Positions 35,873-48,416 of a DNA stretch of 64,000 nt are shown piece after piece. Origin of the DNA: Haliotis cracherodii. Its lineage: Eukaryota. Numbering within the stretch: the first letter of the stretch is position 1; every line of letters starts with the position of its first letter. Both the position numbers and the translations under genes were made by a program. The stretch covers positions 65,596,001-65,660,000 of the forward strand of contig NW_027266319.1 in NCBI RefSeq assembly GCF_022045235.1, written 5' to 3'. Under the pieces are notes generated by a model, which searched no databases, was not told the DNA's origin, and saw only the letters and a program-made list of their open reading frames with translations.

Positions 35873-36257
35873 ACTGTCAGCTTCACGAAGGACAGAGTCT
35901 ATGTGATGGAGTCATCAGACTGGCACTATATATATATATTCACACAATACCAATAACATAGTGATAAACTTGATAACACATCATTACTTTTATCAGATGT
36001 GATGATTTGTATTGGTAACAGCAAGAAACAAATCTAGTTACAGCAGGGGGCGACGATTGTATGTGTTGATTGCCAAGATGAATCGATCAACATGGGATCC
36101 CATGTGGGAAATAGGCATTTGGATCTCTCAACTCAACATGTTTCATTAATAGTTGTGTTCGATCGTGGAGATACTACCCTTGACTTGCAATATAGAATTA
36201 TATGATGTACTGATTACGAACTAATCAACAGCTGAATCCTAATTGACAGTTCTAATT

Positions 36258-36490
36258 GAAAATCCGGGGTAGAAAAGGTCTTCAGCAACCCATGCTTGCC
36301 ATAAAAGGCGTCTATGCTGGTCGTAAAAGGCGACTAACGGGATCGGGTGGTCAGACTCGCTGACTTGGTTAACGCTTGTCATCATATCCTATTTGCGTTG
36401 ATCGATGTTCATAATGACAATCACTGAATTGTCTGGTCCAGACTCGATTATTTATAGACCGCCGTCTTATAGCTGGGATATTGCTGAAAG
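36258..36490 (+). mobile_element. Abundant SINE-like dispersed repeat, family D (representative copy)
   Basis: cttcagcaacccatgcttgcc...gggatcgggtggtcag...ccagactcgattattta...gctggaatattgct. Copies near 8480-8780, 28060, 35340, 37970, 38750, 47880, 48810, 50510, 51020, 61100, 62030. Confidence 0.75.
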
Positions 36491-39400
36491 AGAGAAAGAA
36501 AAGACAGTTTTATAGCTTGTTTGTCACCACACCCTGACGACCTTGACGTTCATCACACAGACGACTTACGTTACACGTTCTCAACATATATACGCTGACG
36601 CTCATTTGTTAGCTTTGCAACAATTTGATATGTATTTGAGTACTAGTTTATTTCCTATCTATCTCGAAAACTTGACCACTGTCGCTGCTGAGTGAATATA
36701 TACTATTATCTCTGACTTTTGCTATCACCACTGTATTTTTGTATATGGTACTGACTGCATCCATCATATAATATATTGTCATTGAATATTGTTCTGCCAC
36801 TCTATTGTTTACTGCAATTGTAATTGCTATGCAGTAATTTCTGTTGATTTCTTAACTTAGTGACTTTTGTAATACATTTGTTGATTGTATACAACTTGTT
36901 GATGTTTCTTTAACGAATAGATTTCTGGGTTAACATATTGTTTAAATTTGTAAATCGACACGTAAACAATGAAATATTAATTGTCCTTCATATTGTTGGT
37001 AAAAAAACATAAAAAGTCAGCCTGCAAAATTACTTTGTTGCAATGTGTGTGTTCTAAAAATACTTAGCTCATAGTTTAAAGTAACAAAAAATATGTGGTT
37101 CTGCAGATTCAGATGACAAAATGTCTGGTCTCAATGCAAAATACCAAAAGTATCTGCGCGTGTCGTTTTCAAAACAGATTAAACTGCTGTGTAGTCAGTA
37201 TTGCATTATAAGACAGTTATATGAGTGAGTAGGTTGGGTTTGACGCAGTTTTGAACAGTATTCCTGTTATATCACGGTATGTCAGCTTAAAGTTAGTGGT
37301 TGTGAAACCTGGAGAGGAACTACAAGAAACAACACAAAAGGGCTACATGTGTTAAAATGTGATTTGTATAACTAATCTGATAAGACATGATTTGGATGGT
37401 GTTTCACCTTGGAAGTCAGGATGGGTGAAAAAAAGAATGACACACGACAAACGTGAAAGATCAGTTGTGGCAATGAACCACATCCGTTCCACTTATAACC
37501 TCGTGTAGATCCAGGTCAGAATCGTCGTAAGAGGCGGTTAGTGAGGATCACTGACATTGTTAATTCAAATCATCGAATCCCAATTGCATACATCGATGCA
37601 GATGTCAATTTCTGAATTGTCTCGTCCAAGCTCAATTATTTTCAGACCGCCGTCATCTAGCTGGTATATCGCTAATTCCGGCGTAAACAACAAACAAAAA
37701 ATGTTTTCTTTTTTTGTAAAATTGTAAAATGACAATCCTCAATAAAAAAAATAAATTTCTGGAATAACCGTGTTTACATGGGCAGATTTCTCCAATAATA
37801 ACAAAATAATATTGACTCTATTTAAGAATGAAAATACATTTAATGCCAGTTGGTAAATAAATTTTGTTTTGTTTATTATCTATCAAAATCTAAACACACA
37901 CAAAAAAACAATTGAAGGTGTTAAAAGCTGACTAAGTTGCGTCGAATATTCAATGTCTTAACACGTCGTGAAGATCCGGGGTAAAATAGGTCTTCAGCAA
38001 CCCATGCTTGCCGTAAATAGCGACTGTGCTTGTGGTAAGAGGATATAACGGGTTAGAATGGACAGACTTGCTGACTTGATTGATGCATGTCATCGTATCC
38101 CAAATGCGTGGATCGATACTCATGATGTCCATCAGTGGACTGTCTGGTCGATTATTTACAGACCGCCGTCATACAGCTGGCATATTGCTAAGTGCGGTGT
38201 TAATCAACAAATAAATAAACAAACAAATACAAGAGCCATCAATAATTTGCAGATTGTAAGTGGGCATATTTTAAGGTTTAGGGTTTCAATTTGTCACGGG
38301 TTACGGATGGAAAGACTTAAATAAAATATATACAAATAAAACTGTTCACTCCAAGGATTAGTCGGCGAGGTGATACTTTGACGAACGACGTGCAGCGTGA
38401 CAAACAATATTTTGTAATTTCTCCAGATTGTAAGTTGACTGAACTCCATTTCCCCATATAAACTATTGACACCAAGGTTTTGTTTCTTTGTTGTTTAACG
38501 CTGCATTCAGCAATATTCTAGCTATATGACCTTTTAACGGTTTTGGGTTACACCTACAATTTGCTGCAGGTTACAGATGAAAAGACTTAAATAAAATATA
38601 TACAAAGAAAACTGTTCACTTCAGGGATAAGTTGGCGAATTAATATTCGGACGAACGACGTGCAGCGTGACTAACGACATATCATAATTTCTCCAGATTG
38701 TAATTTGATTAAAATCCATTTCCGCATGTGAACTATTGACAAAGTTTTGTTTGTTTGTTTGTTGTTTTCCGCCGCGCTCAGCAATATTCCAATTATATGA
38801 GGGCGGTCTGTAAGAAATCGAGTCTGGACCAAACAATCCAGAGATTGACAACATCGAGCTTCGATCCACGCAGTTGGGATCGATGAAATTCATCAACCAA
38901 GTCAGCGAGCCTGTCCACCCGACCACGTAAGTCGCCTCTTACGACAAGCATAGTCAACTTTTACGGCAAGCATGGGTAACTGACAACATATTCTACGGGC
39001 CTATTAAGTGCATGTCATCGTATCCCAATTGCGGTTGTATTGACAAAGTGCTTTTTTAGCTGCAATTAAAAGTCATTGGCCTCCTTCAATTTGCGTAATT
39101 CGTACGCCGTTATTTGTGTAGTGTATTTTCGCTGTAACAATCTTCTTCTTAGACATTATGACAAAATGTCAGAAATTGAGTCTATTTAAAGTTCTCTGAC
39201 ATGCGCAGTCGGCAAAGGGAATAAAAGCTCATGATCATGAGAATACTGGTGATTGGGTTAGGTTTGACGCCACTCTGGACAATATTTCAGTTATATCAGG
39301 GCATGTCAGCTTGGTGTTGGAGGAAAGCCCGATGTGATGCTGGTCTTATAATTGTGTTTGCCGCGTTGGAACCCACGATCAAGGGACGCAACTCTGCAAA

Positions 39401-40405
39401 ACGAACTTTGCACCTTAGGAGTCATAGCCACCTGCTCCTATTCAGTGAATAAAACTTAGAATAGTCCAATTTATGCTATTTCTGTTTAATGCTGCTCATA
39501 ATGAATTCCGATACTATTTGGAGAAATGTCAAGTACATTGTTTGCAATGTTAACGGTTCGGACTGTTGTATTTTGCCTTGTTCAAATTCCACATCATTTC
39601 TTTTTAGTTTTTCGAAAGTTTCAAATTAATGATGGTATCAATGTACTTGTATTCATAAAAAATGCTCATATCCTTATAGTGTCTGTAATCAGTCACGTGA
39701 CAGCTAGACATAAATGTGTCTGCAAAGGGCTGGTGTGTTTCATTGCACCCTCATCTGGTTCCACAGACTCGATCCATGCAGCTGGTTCTTCAATCTCATC
39801 CAAATCAGACCTTTTACTCCGACAAGACACCACTCTGTGAAGTCTGACATTTCCGCCCACCAGTGGAGACTCCATGTGTAACATATAAAAGTTGAATGGT
39901 GGAAATACTTCCACGAACACAATACTTGAGAATCATAGGTGCTCCTCAGTAACTGTTTGGTGAACATTTAAGGAGACAAATGTCAACATATTGCAGTTAA
40001 TATTTGTTACCTTCAAAACTTTAAGCAAAAGTGTGATTATTTTTTTATCAAAGACGCAAAGCTAAACAATTTTACAATTACATATTTATCGTGTGTAGTA
40101 CATGAGATTAAAGCATTAAAACAAAGAGGAAGCCGTAAAATTAGGCCCACAACTCCTGCAAAACCCCATTAATCCAAAAGTACACAAATCTGAGTCAATG
40201 CATTGATAAAAGACAATAATTCTCAACTCCGGACTTTCGTTAATCCAAAAGGTTTCACAGGGCAATGTTCCGTTCGGATTAACGAGAATTCACTGTATCT
40301 GATGTCCAGCCTCGTATTCCTTTTCTAAACTTACAGACGATAGCATGTAATATAGCATGGTATTTCGCCTCCCATCTTTGTTCTTGGTTATCACAGGTGT
40401 TTATT

Positions 40406-40842
40406 TTATATACCAATTACCAAGTCACGGGTTATATTTATGTGGCCGCTGGAATACACTATATCAACCAGCTTGTGGACGGTACATTGCTCCACCGCTA
40501 TACTCTCAACAACGTCTCTTGGGTCCCCTTCATGTGTAGGGGCAACTCCTTCCATTTCGATGTATTTGAAATCCTGGGTATTTCGCTTGAAAAATCTGGT
40601 TTCACGAAGCCAGTATTGGAAAATGTTATGCTTTCCCGATGGTTTTGTCTTGGCTGAAAAAAAATGTCTCAAGATAAAGTTTGTTGCCCGATCACAGATT
40701 CTGATGTGATAGACTATTTCTTTATTCTAGTCGTGTCCATATAAGGAGACGCCATACAGAATGACGTCATGGGAACAGGAAACATCAGTTCTTCTTCAAA
40801 ATATCCTTGTCTGGGTCATCCTCCGATGGTCTTTATAAAACA
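40406..40842 (-). pseudogene. PHR-like C-terminal fragment of a BTBD-family gene
   Basis: TDVSCSHDVILYGVSLYGHD*NKEIVYHIRIC...YIEMEGVAPTHEG resembles SCSHDMTLHSICLYG at ~7030-7080; internal TAG. Confidence 0.55.
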
Positions 40843-41332
40843 CAACTTCTTCGACGGTGCAGACACACCCACAGGCGACCACATGTAATCAGGAGGTCAG
40901 ACTAAGTGACTTGGTTGACTGTACGTCACTCTGTCGTGAGATGCTGCTCACAACATCCACTGATTGAGTTTTCAGAAGAGATTATTCAAAGTGAGTAACA
41001 GAACTCACATCTGTTTTATGTATTCATATTTATGTCTCCCAAGGCCAGCAACATAAGCATTCGCTAGAAATCAACTATCTAAAATGACACGCATCCAGAG
41101 TGTTAGAGGTTTGTTTATTTGTTTGTTTGTTTGTTTGTTTGTTTGTTTGTTTGTTTGTTTGTCGTTTAACGCCGCACTCGGAGATATCCCTGTTATATGA
41201 CTGTGGTACACAAACTGCTAAGGATATTGTAAGATCCGTGTAGAGACATATGACTAAGACAAAGTGATCAAGTTAATGTCTTTATTAACAGTACTGACAC
41301 AACGTGGTAAGGACAGGGCCACGTGTTGATGG

Positions 41333-44300
41333 TTACTCCTGCCATCTGCGAAGCCTCACTTCCTTCAGGGCAGAGCAGCTCACCTCCGGGTTTCTGATGA
41401 CGAGGTAAAGCAGTTCAAAACTTCTGTTACATGTGTCAATCATTTGTGTTATATTTTGCAAGAAAATAATCATTTTGCTACAAGCACTGTTTTAATGGAA
41501 ATGTATTATTTGCATTTCCTAAGTTTCTCTGTATCACAAGATAAACTAGACACAGCATTTGGTTATTGAATTCATTTTCATTAACTGTTCAATTCTACTG
41601 CTTACACCTGTAAAACAACATTATAATTCAGCATACCCAGATCCATTGGTGCCAATGTTAGTATTCAGGAAAGCTGACCGCTGGATGGTGTTGACATTGT
41701 CGGCATTGTCACAGATGATACGAGCCAATGACGCTTTTTTCAGCTGCGTTATTTGATCTGAATTCAAACAAAGAAACATTGTAAAGAGATATGTACATCA
41801 CTATTCCAAACAAAGAAATTGACATCAATCCCTGTTCACAAATTAATGTATATCGTTAATACACCAACCAAGAAAAGAGGTGTATGTATTTACCAGAGGA
41901 AAAACCAGTGACAGAGTCTGTAGATTCGAACCAGAACCTGTCACCATCCCTCAATTTCTTGAACTGTTCTCCGATCAGACAGATGTAGGTTCTTCCCACT
42001 GCTGCTACATCAAATGGGACTTCAGCAACACCTCCACTGTACAGATCAATGTCGTCCACGCTGTTACTGAAAGAGTCAAGTAACATGTTATATATGTAAT
42101 TTAGACCTTTGAAACAACAGAAGTGTTAAATTATATTGGACAAAGATGAAAAAATATTTATTGAAGGTGATTGGTTGTGAATCATAGCTAATCGATTGCG
42201 GAGATCAATTTTCTCTAAAATACTTATCAGCATGAACACTTACTATATATCCTCAAGATCGCGACCTTGAATGATTCCGAAATCATTATCAGATGTGAAG
42301 GAGGTGATTTTGTCGAGACCACAGTATTCTCTCCAGGCGTTGTAAGGAGGGAGACCGTGTTCTCTTCCTCGCTGAATGTTCAGACTGACAATGTCAAATC
42401 CGTCCTTTGTGGCGGAATCCTCCTCAAACATCCTCTGCCTCATGCCATCGACATACCACGCATCAACACGTTCACCTGCAGCGCCCAGAAAACTACTGAT
42501 GACGTCGTCCAGGCTGTTGATGACGTATTTGGTTCTCTTGAAAAGGTCACCAGTGTCCACCACTTCGCTTCCTATTGTGAGGTTTTCTGGCACCATCGAA
42601 TGGCCAAATCGGAAAGCTGCGGTTGAGAAGACGTTACTGAGAGTTGGGTCGAGGCTGGAATTGTAGTTGTAGTTGCCCAGTTCCAGACTGTAGTTTGCAA
42701 CCCCGTCGTCACTAAGGATTTGAGGCAGCCACTCGTTGTATGTGATCACCTGGTGATATATACGACGTCCATCAGGCTCTGTTCATCTTCATCATATGTT
42801 TGATATGAATGCCGTTACAAAATACTTGCAACATGTCATTACTTTACTATTAATAACAGGAAAAAAAAAGTTGTTATCGTAGATGCACAGATAGTATTTA
42901 TATGTGCGGGGATTTATAATTTGTATCCACCTGTGTTCAACCAAATTGAAGCCTAACCTGTAATTCAGCAATAACTATTCGTCTTGCTTCTTGGAAGAGT
43001 TTCTCGTCATCCCAACCACTGTTATAGCCTTTGAGTTCTGTTGCAACACGGTTGTGTTCTCTCATGAAAAGAGTGTGTAGAGCACTCAGTCCAGGGAAGA
43101 CATTGACTCTCGAGTCACCTGCAGTAAAACGGGAAATAATTTTGTTTGTTTTATTTGATATGTAGTATAATGACTTGTTTAAATACCATATATTATATTC
43201 ATCTTATTTACAGGAAAAATGAATACTCATAAAAATGTTAAGAACCATTTTATCACCAACGTTGCTAGTGAGCACATCTTACACATAGTTTAAAAGAATG
43301 AAATTGCTGTGAAATATTATTGTTTGTAACGACCTGCTTTGAAACAGTAGTTGCTTGAATCAGAAGTATCAAGAAAGCAATCGTCAGAATCTCCTTCCGG
43401 CAGAAGATTGTTTGTTCCCACTTTCAACAATCCGGCTGGAAAATAACGGAGAGACGAATAATGAAACATGTACAGTTCACATAACTTATCATGAAATATA
43501 GAAATAACATAAACTGAATAGCAAATCAAGGTCTGTCGTGTGATTGTTATCATCTCACAAACTGATACTTATCACAGAAAATCATGGAGAAATCAGGAGG
43601 ACATGCAACCTACATCCAGAGTCAGTGTCTCTGAGCTCGGCCGTCTCCGAGTCTGATATACCGTAGATGTGAGAACCGTCTATGAAGGCGGACAGTTCAT
43701 TGTACTGTTATCGTGGATCTGGTAGGAGAGAAATCGGGAATGAGTTTACCGTGAAAGTTTATTTGTTTAAGGATGTTTAAGTATGAGGTTACATTGTGTC
43801 CTTCTCCGAAATATAATCTTGGTAAATAAATGCAATCTCGTCTGTTTCAGGTATGGGAATGCATCATGAATGTGGTTATACTTTGGATGGGATCATAGGC
43901 AGTTGCCCAGTCGTCAAAAGCGCCGCTATTGTGCAGAGTTGCGTCCCTTGGGCACGCCAGAAACCTACATGTGGTTTGTGGGTTCGAATCCCAGTTCTCC
44001 CCGAGTATGCGTCTAGGTTTGACAGCACCATACCCGTGCTTGTGGGTTTCACCAAACTGGTAAACATCTTGAAACTACATCACTTCGGGCTTTCCTCTTA
44101 TATTAAGCAAACATGCGCTGATATAACTGGAGTACTTTTCGCAGTACCCTTAAATCTAACTCACCCAATCCCTCAATTTGGATATAACTCTTCAATAGGT
44201 ATTGAAATGCAATCCAATGGACACTTCAATCTTTAAAGAAAGTAGAATAGCTAAATATTATTTCAAAATGTAATTGGGGAGAATGAGCGAACTTCCAGGC

Positions 44301-47300
44301 CATATCATAGGTCACCGTTTAAAATTGCGTCAGATAATCCTTTAGGTTGACAGACAATCAACCAGGTCCCACACTCATTATTTGACGTTTACGTCAAGCA
44401 TATTCGTGGGGAATAGCCTACTCAGGAAGGACCAAGGGGAGAAATATGTATTGGGATTTGTATATAAGTGTTCATCCTTACTGGAGGAATCTGTGCCTGT
44501 TCCTGAAACCGCCTCCGATCTCACCAGGTTCATACATTTGCCATCGCCAAAGTAGAAGTCACCATCAGGAAGGGTGATCGGGAAACATGGAGAGTCCGTG
44601 CTGATGAAAGGAAGACAATATTTGATATTTCTGATACTTTTTGCATGATCTGTATATAGTACATCAACCATTTTATCATATTTTGAAATATGAATAGTAT
44701 GGTGTAGTGTAATCAGACTTGTTCATTGTTGTGTCATGTGATATAGTGACAGCATAGTAAGGGATCAAAAGTAGTTTATTGTTATGAAAATCGTACTTAG
44801 AAATGAATATTCTTGATATGTAACAGTGTAAACTTACTCGCTTGGAACAGAATCGGTTCTGTCACAACATTCAATATCACTTCCATTATCTGTAAAGAAG
44901 AAAGTACATGTATGTCGATGTTTTGAAGATAAAGAGACATCCACAACAAACCATGCCCTTCAAAATATAAATATAAAAATTAGAAATGAATACATTATGC
45001 GATCGTGCTACAATATGCTGTATTTCTGACATGAATAGTGTCAACATTGCGAAAGATAGAAGCAATTTAAAAACAACAAGCATGACATACTCATATCCCC
45101 CGCCAATGTGACATGTCCGGTTGTGTGCAATGCATTAGCTCCTGTGAACTATGTTCGTGAATGGCCTAATTGCAAGCACTAAAAGGTTATTACTGGTCTT
45201 GTTTTGCCTTCTGCAGTTTATGACAGAATATGTAATTGTAGTGAGTTATGATATTACTTGAACAATAATCAGAAAAATAAGGGAGTTCTAACTTTACTTA
45301 GAGATCATTGAGAGCAGGGTCCACCATGAGGGGTACTGAGAAGTACAGCACCAATCATCTGATGATCTGATAAGTAGACTCGAGTCTGGAATGCTACAGC
45401 ACTGGCATGATCAACCCCGCGTAGATGTTTTTGTAGAATGTGTAAACGGTTTCCGAGTTATGCTCTGGCTACGGAAATGTTTGTTAAAACTCACAAACCA
45501 TCAAAAGTCACCAGTGTACCACTAGACCTATTTATATGCCAAGTTTGGTGGAGAAATATGATATGGTTTTCAATATCTGTGCCAAGTTTGGTAATTTTCA
45601 GTCTAATTCAAAGTCGTTTCCAGGGAAACTCGAAAGATAATATTTTTTTAAATCCCAAACTATCAAAGGGCACCAGTTTTTAACAACATCCATTTAAGTG
45701 CCAGCTTTGGTGATGACATATTGTACGGAGATATGCTCCGGAAACGAGGACTACCGTCGTTTTTAGTCTAAGCCAAAGTCGTTACCAGGGAAACTCGAAA
45801 AATAATTTTCTAAAAAATCCCAAAGTAATAATAAAGTCACCAGTTTACCACTAGACCTATTTATGAAGAAATATTGTATGGTTTTCAATATCTGTGCAAA
45901 GTTTGGTAATTTTCAGTCTAATTCAAGGTCGTTTCCAGGGAAACTCGAAAAATACATTTTTGAAAAATCCCAAATTATCAAATGGCACCAGTTCCACTAG
46001 ACCTAGTTTGGTTGAGATATCAGTCATGTTTTAGTTCTACTCCGGAAACCAAACGTGACGGAAGGAACAGACAGGCGGAAGGACGGGCGGGCAGCACTCA
46101 GTTCTATTTCCCCTTTCCACTTCGGGGCGGGGGATAGTAATTACTCTTGACGAGGTTAGTATGATAAAACTCAAACCTTCGGACCTGACTCCGTCTGCGG
46201 TCAGACCACATCACGGACTTACAAAGTGACTTAGCTGCGAACCGTGAAATGCTACTACCAGACGCCATCATGTTTTGTAGCAGACGAGTCAATATTCATC
46301 ATGTGACAGGTCAATACAGATCATGTGACGAGTCAATATTCGAGGACAGTTATAGTCACATGATTTCGGGGTTTACATTGAAATGCATTGTTTCGTCACA
46401 TGGTACGGATTAACCAATGGAATTGCAAGATTGTTACTAGAGGTACAACGATATCAGATCATTACCTGTAACCACCGGCGTTCCCGTGATGTCGTGGTCA
46501 ATAAACTGACCCCACTGCATCAGCATGACGGAGTTTTTGACAGACAGAAAACTCAGCTCAAAGTGAACATGGTTGCTGATGCTTCTTGGGTTAGGCAGGT
46601 CTGATCCATCTGTAGCCAGAGCTCTGGGGTTTCCCATTGCTGAAATATACATTGATCTATATGTTGATTTGTATGTATTGTTATGACGTTTAATTTCTTT
46701 TAAGCAGTTGGTATCGTTCCTCAGATATTATTTACAGAAATATGGAAAAATAAACAAACCGTCAGCATAGACAGGTTCCAGCCACCTGGTGAGTTGAGCA
46801 CCAGCAGCTCCCCATTCCGAATTGTCCAAGTTATTGCACGTGCCATCGGCTGTCCGATAGGTGTCACTTGAGTCGCAGGTGGCTCTCCTGAGTTAAACGT
46901 GTTTGTGTGATAAGACATTGAATCCCTTTCATCAACACATATAACACTCTAACTTAGCATGACACGTTGAACATGGACGTCCCGGGAAGACTACACTTTC
47001 TTCATGTTATAACAGCTGAGGTATTTAATCCTCCAAGATTAATAAATTATTTTCATTCTTGGATATTATATTTTTGAAAATATTTACTTGTAGTTAGGCG
47101 CGGATATGGGTGTACACTTGCAATAGTGCAGAACAGGTACATATTTACATAAGGGTTTAAGAAACATGTTGTCTTCACTACTGTTTAGATTCACATGTCC
47201 AGTTTTTCATGTCAGACAAACCTGCTTCTGTAGACAGGCTCCATGTGTCTTTTACTCTTGGATGATCGCGAACTAAAGGCGCATGGCGTCCTGCTTCCTC

Positions 47301-48416
47301 CACACTCTGGAACGAAGGCTCACGTGATTTGATGTGTTATCCAAAAACGGAATATATAATTAAGTTAATACCGTGTTGTTATTATTCTGAGAATAAAATT
47401 CTAAATTTAGGCCACATTTATACACCATCTGTACAAATCTGATGATACCTTCACCTACTCAAAGTGTTATAGTTCTGCATTCGCGATGATCGAACGCTTC
47501 AACCACGAGGCTACCCAATTATCGCGACGATTTGGAAGTTCAAGTCATCCCTCAAAATATTTATGCATAGTTCTCAGTATGAAACAGGTGAGGCAATGTC
47601 TCTATTGTTTCAAGTTAAGGTTGGTAGTTCAGTGGAAAAGAATTGGCTATGGACCATTATTGAAAGATTTCAGATCTTTGATATACCCGACACAGGAGTC
47701 ACACTTCTTTGTCAAATTACCTTGTTACTTTAGATTTCAGCATTCCAAGCATTCCTCCCGAATTGTATGCACAGGGAAACACATGAGCTGGAGGGGGACA
47801 CATGTTAGTCTTATCTAAATGTCTTATCCCCAAAGTTCACACAAAGTTTTCAATGAGGAAGTCAAGCATTTCACATATCGTTCAACAGCCAGCGAGCCTG
47901 AACACCCGATCCCGTTAGAGATCGGGTGGTCAGGCTCGCCGGCTTTGTGGATACATAACATCGTATCCAAATTACGTAGATGGATGCTCATGATGTCAAT
48001 CATTGGATTGTCTGGCCGGACTCGATTATTTACAGACTGCTGTCATATAGCTGGAAATTTTGCTAAGTGCGGCGTTTAACAACAAACAAACATGCAAACA
48101 TATATAACTAAGTTCTTGATATGTTTTGAAGAACAGATTCAAATGTTCAAATATATGAACTATATTTTTAGATATGACTGCATGTACCAACTACATACGG
48201 TTCAATACCATTATACACCAATATAAAATGTACAATATCAAATATAATCTTTATAAGTTGCTTATTGCATGTAGCGTTTCTTCAATCCACGAGTTGATAA
48301 TGAACAAACCCAACTGCCAATATTTCGCAGGAATATAGATTCTGAAATAGTTAATACTCACCAGCGTGTATAACGCAGAGCGCGATCAGTAGAGCTTGCA
48401 CAAGGAATGACTGCAT
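41333..48416 (-). pseudogene. Heme peroxidase copy 2 with a premature stop in exon 7
   Basis: Same 13-exon layout, but CCA CGA TAA CAG at 43708-43710 where copies 1 and 3 have CAA. Confidence 0.85.

Noticed and set aside
35926-35938. TATA box upstream of the peroxidase ATG
   Set aside because: Position is plausible, but it is a (TA)n run of variable length and no transcription start can be inferred from sequence alone
39526-39967. Overlapping short ORFs in the intergenic part of the tandem unit
   Set aside because: No recognisable motif, and frames are not preserved in the paralog at ~51840-52335
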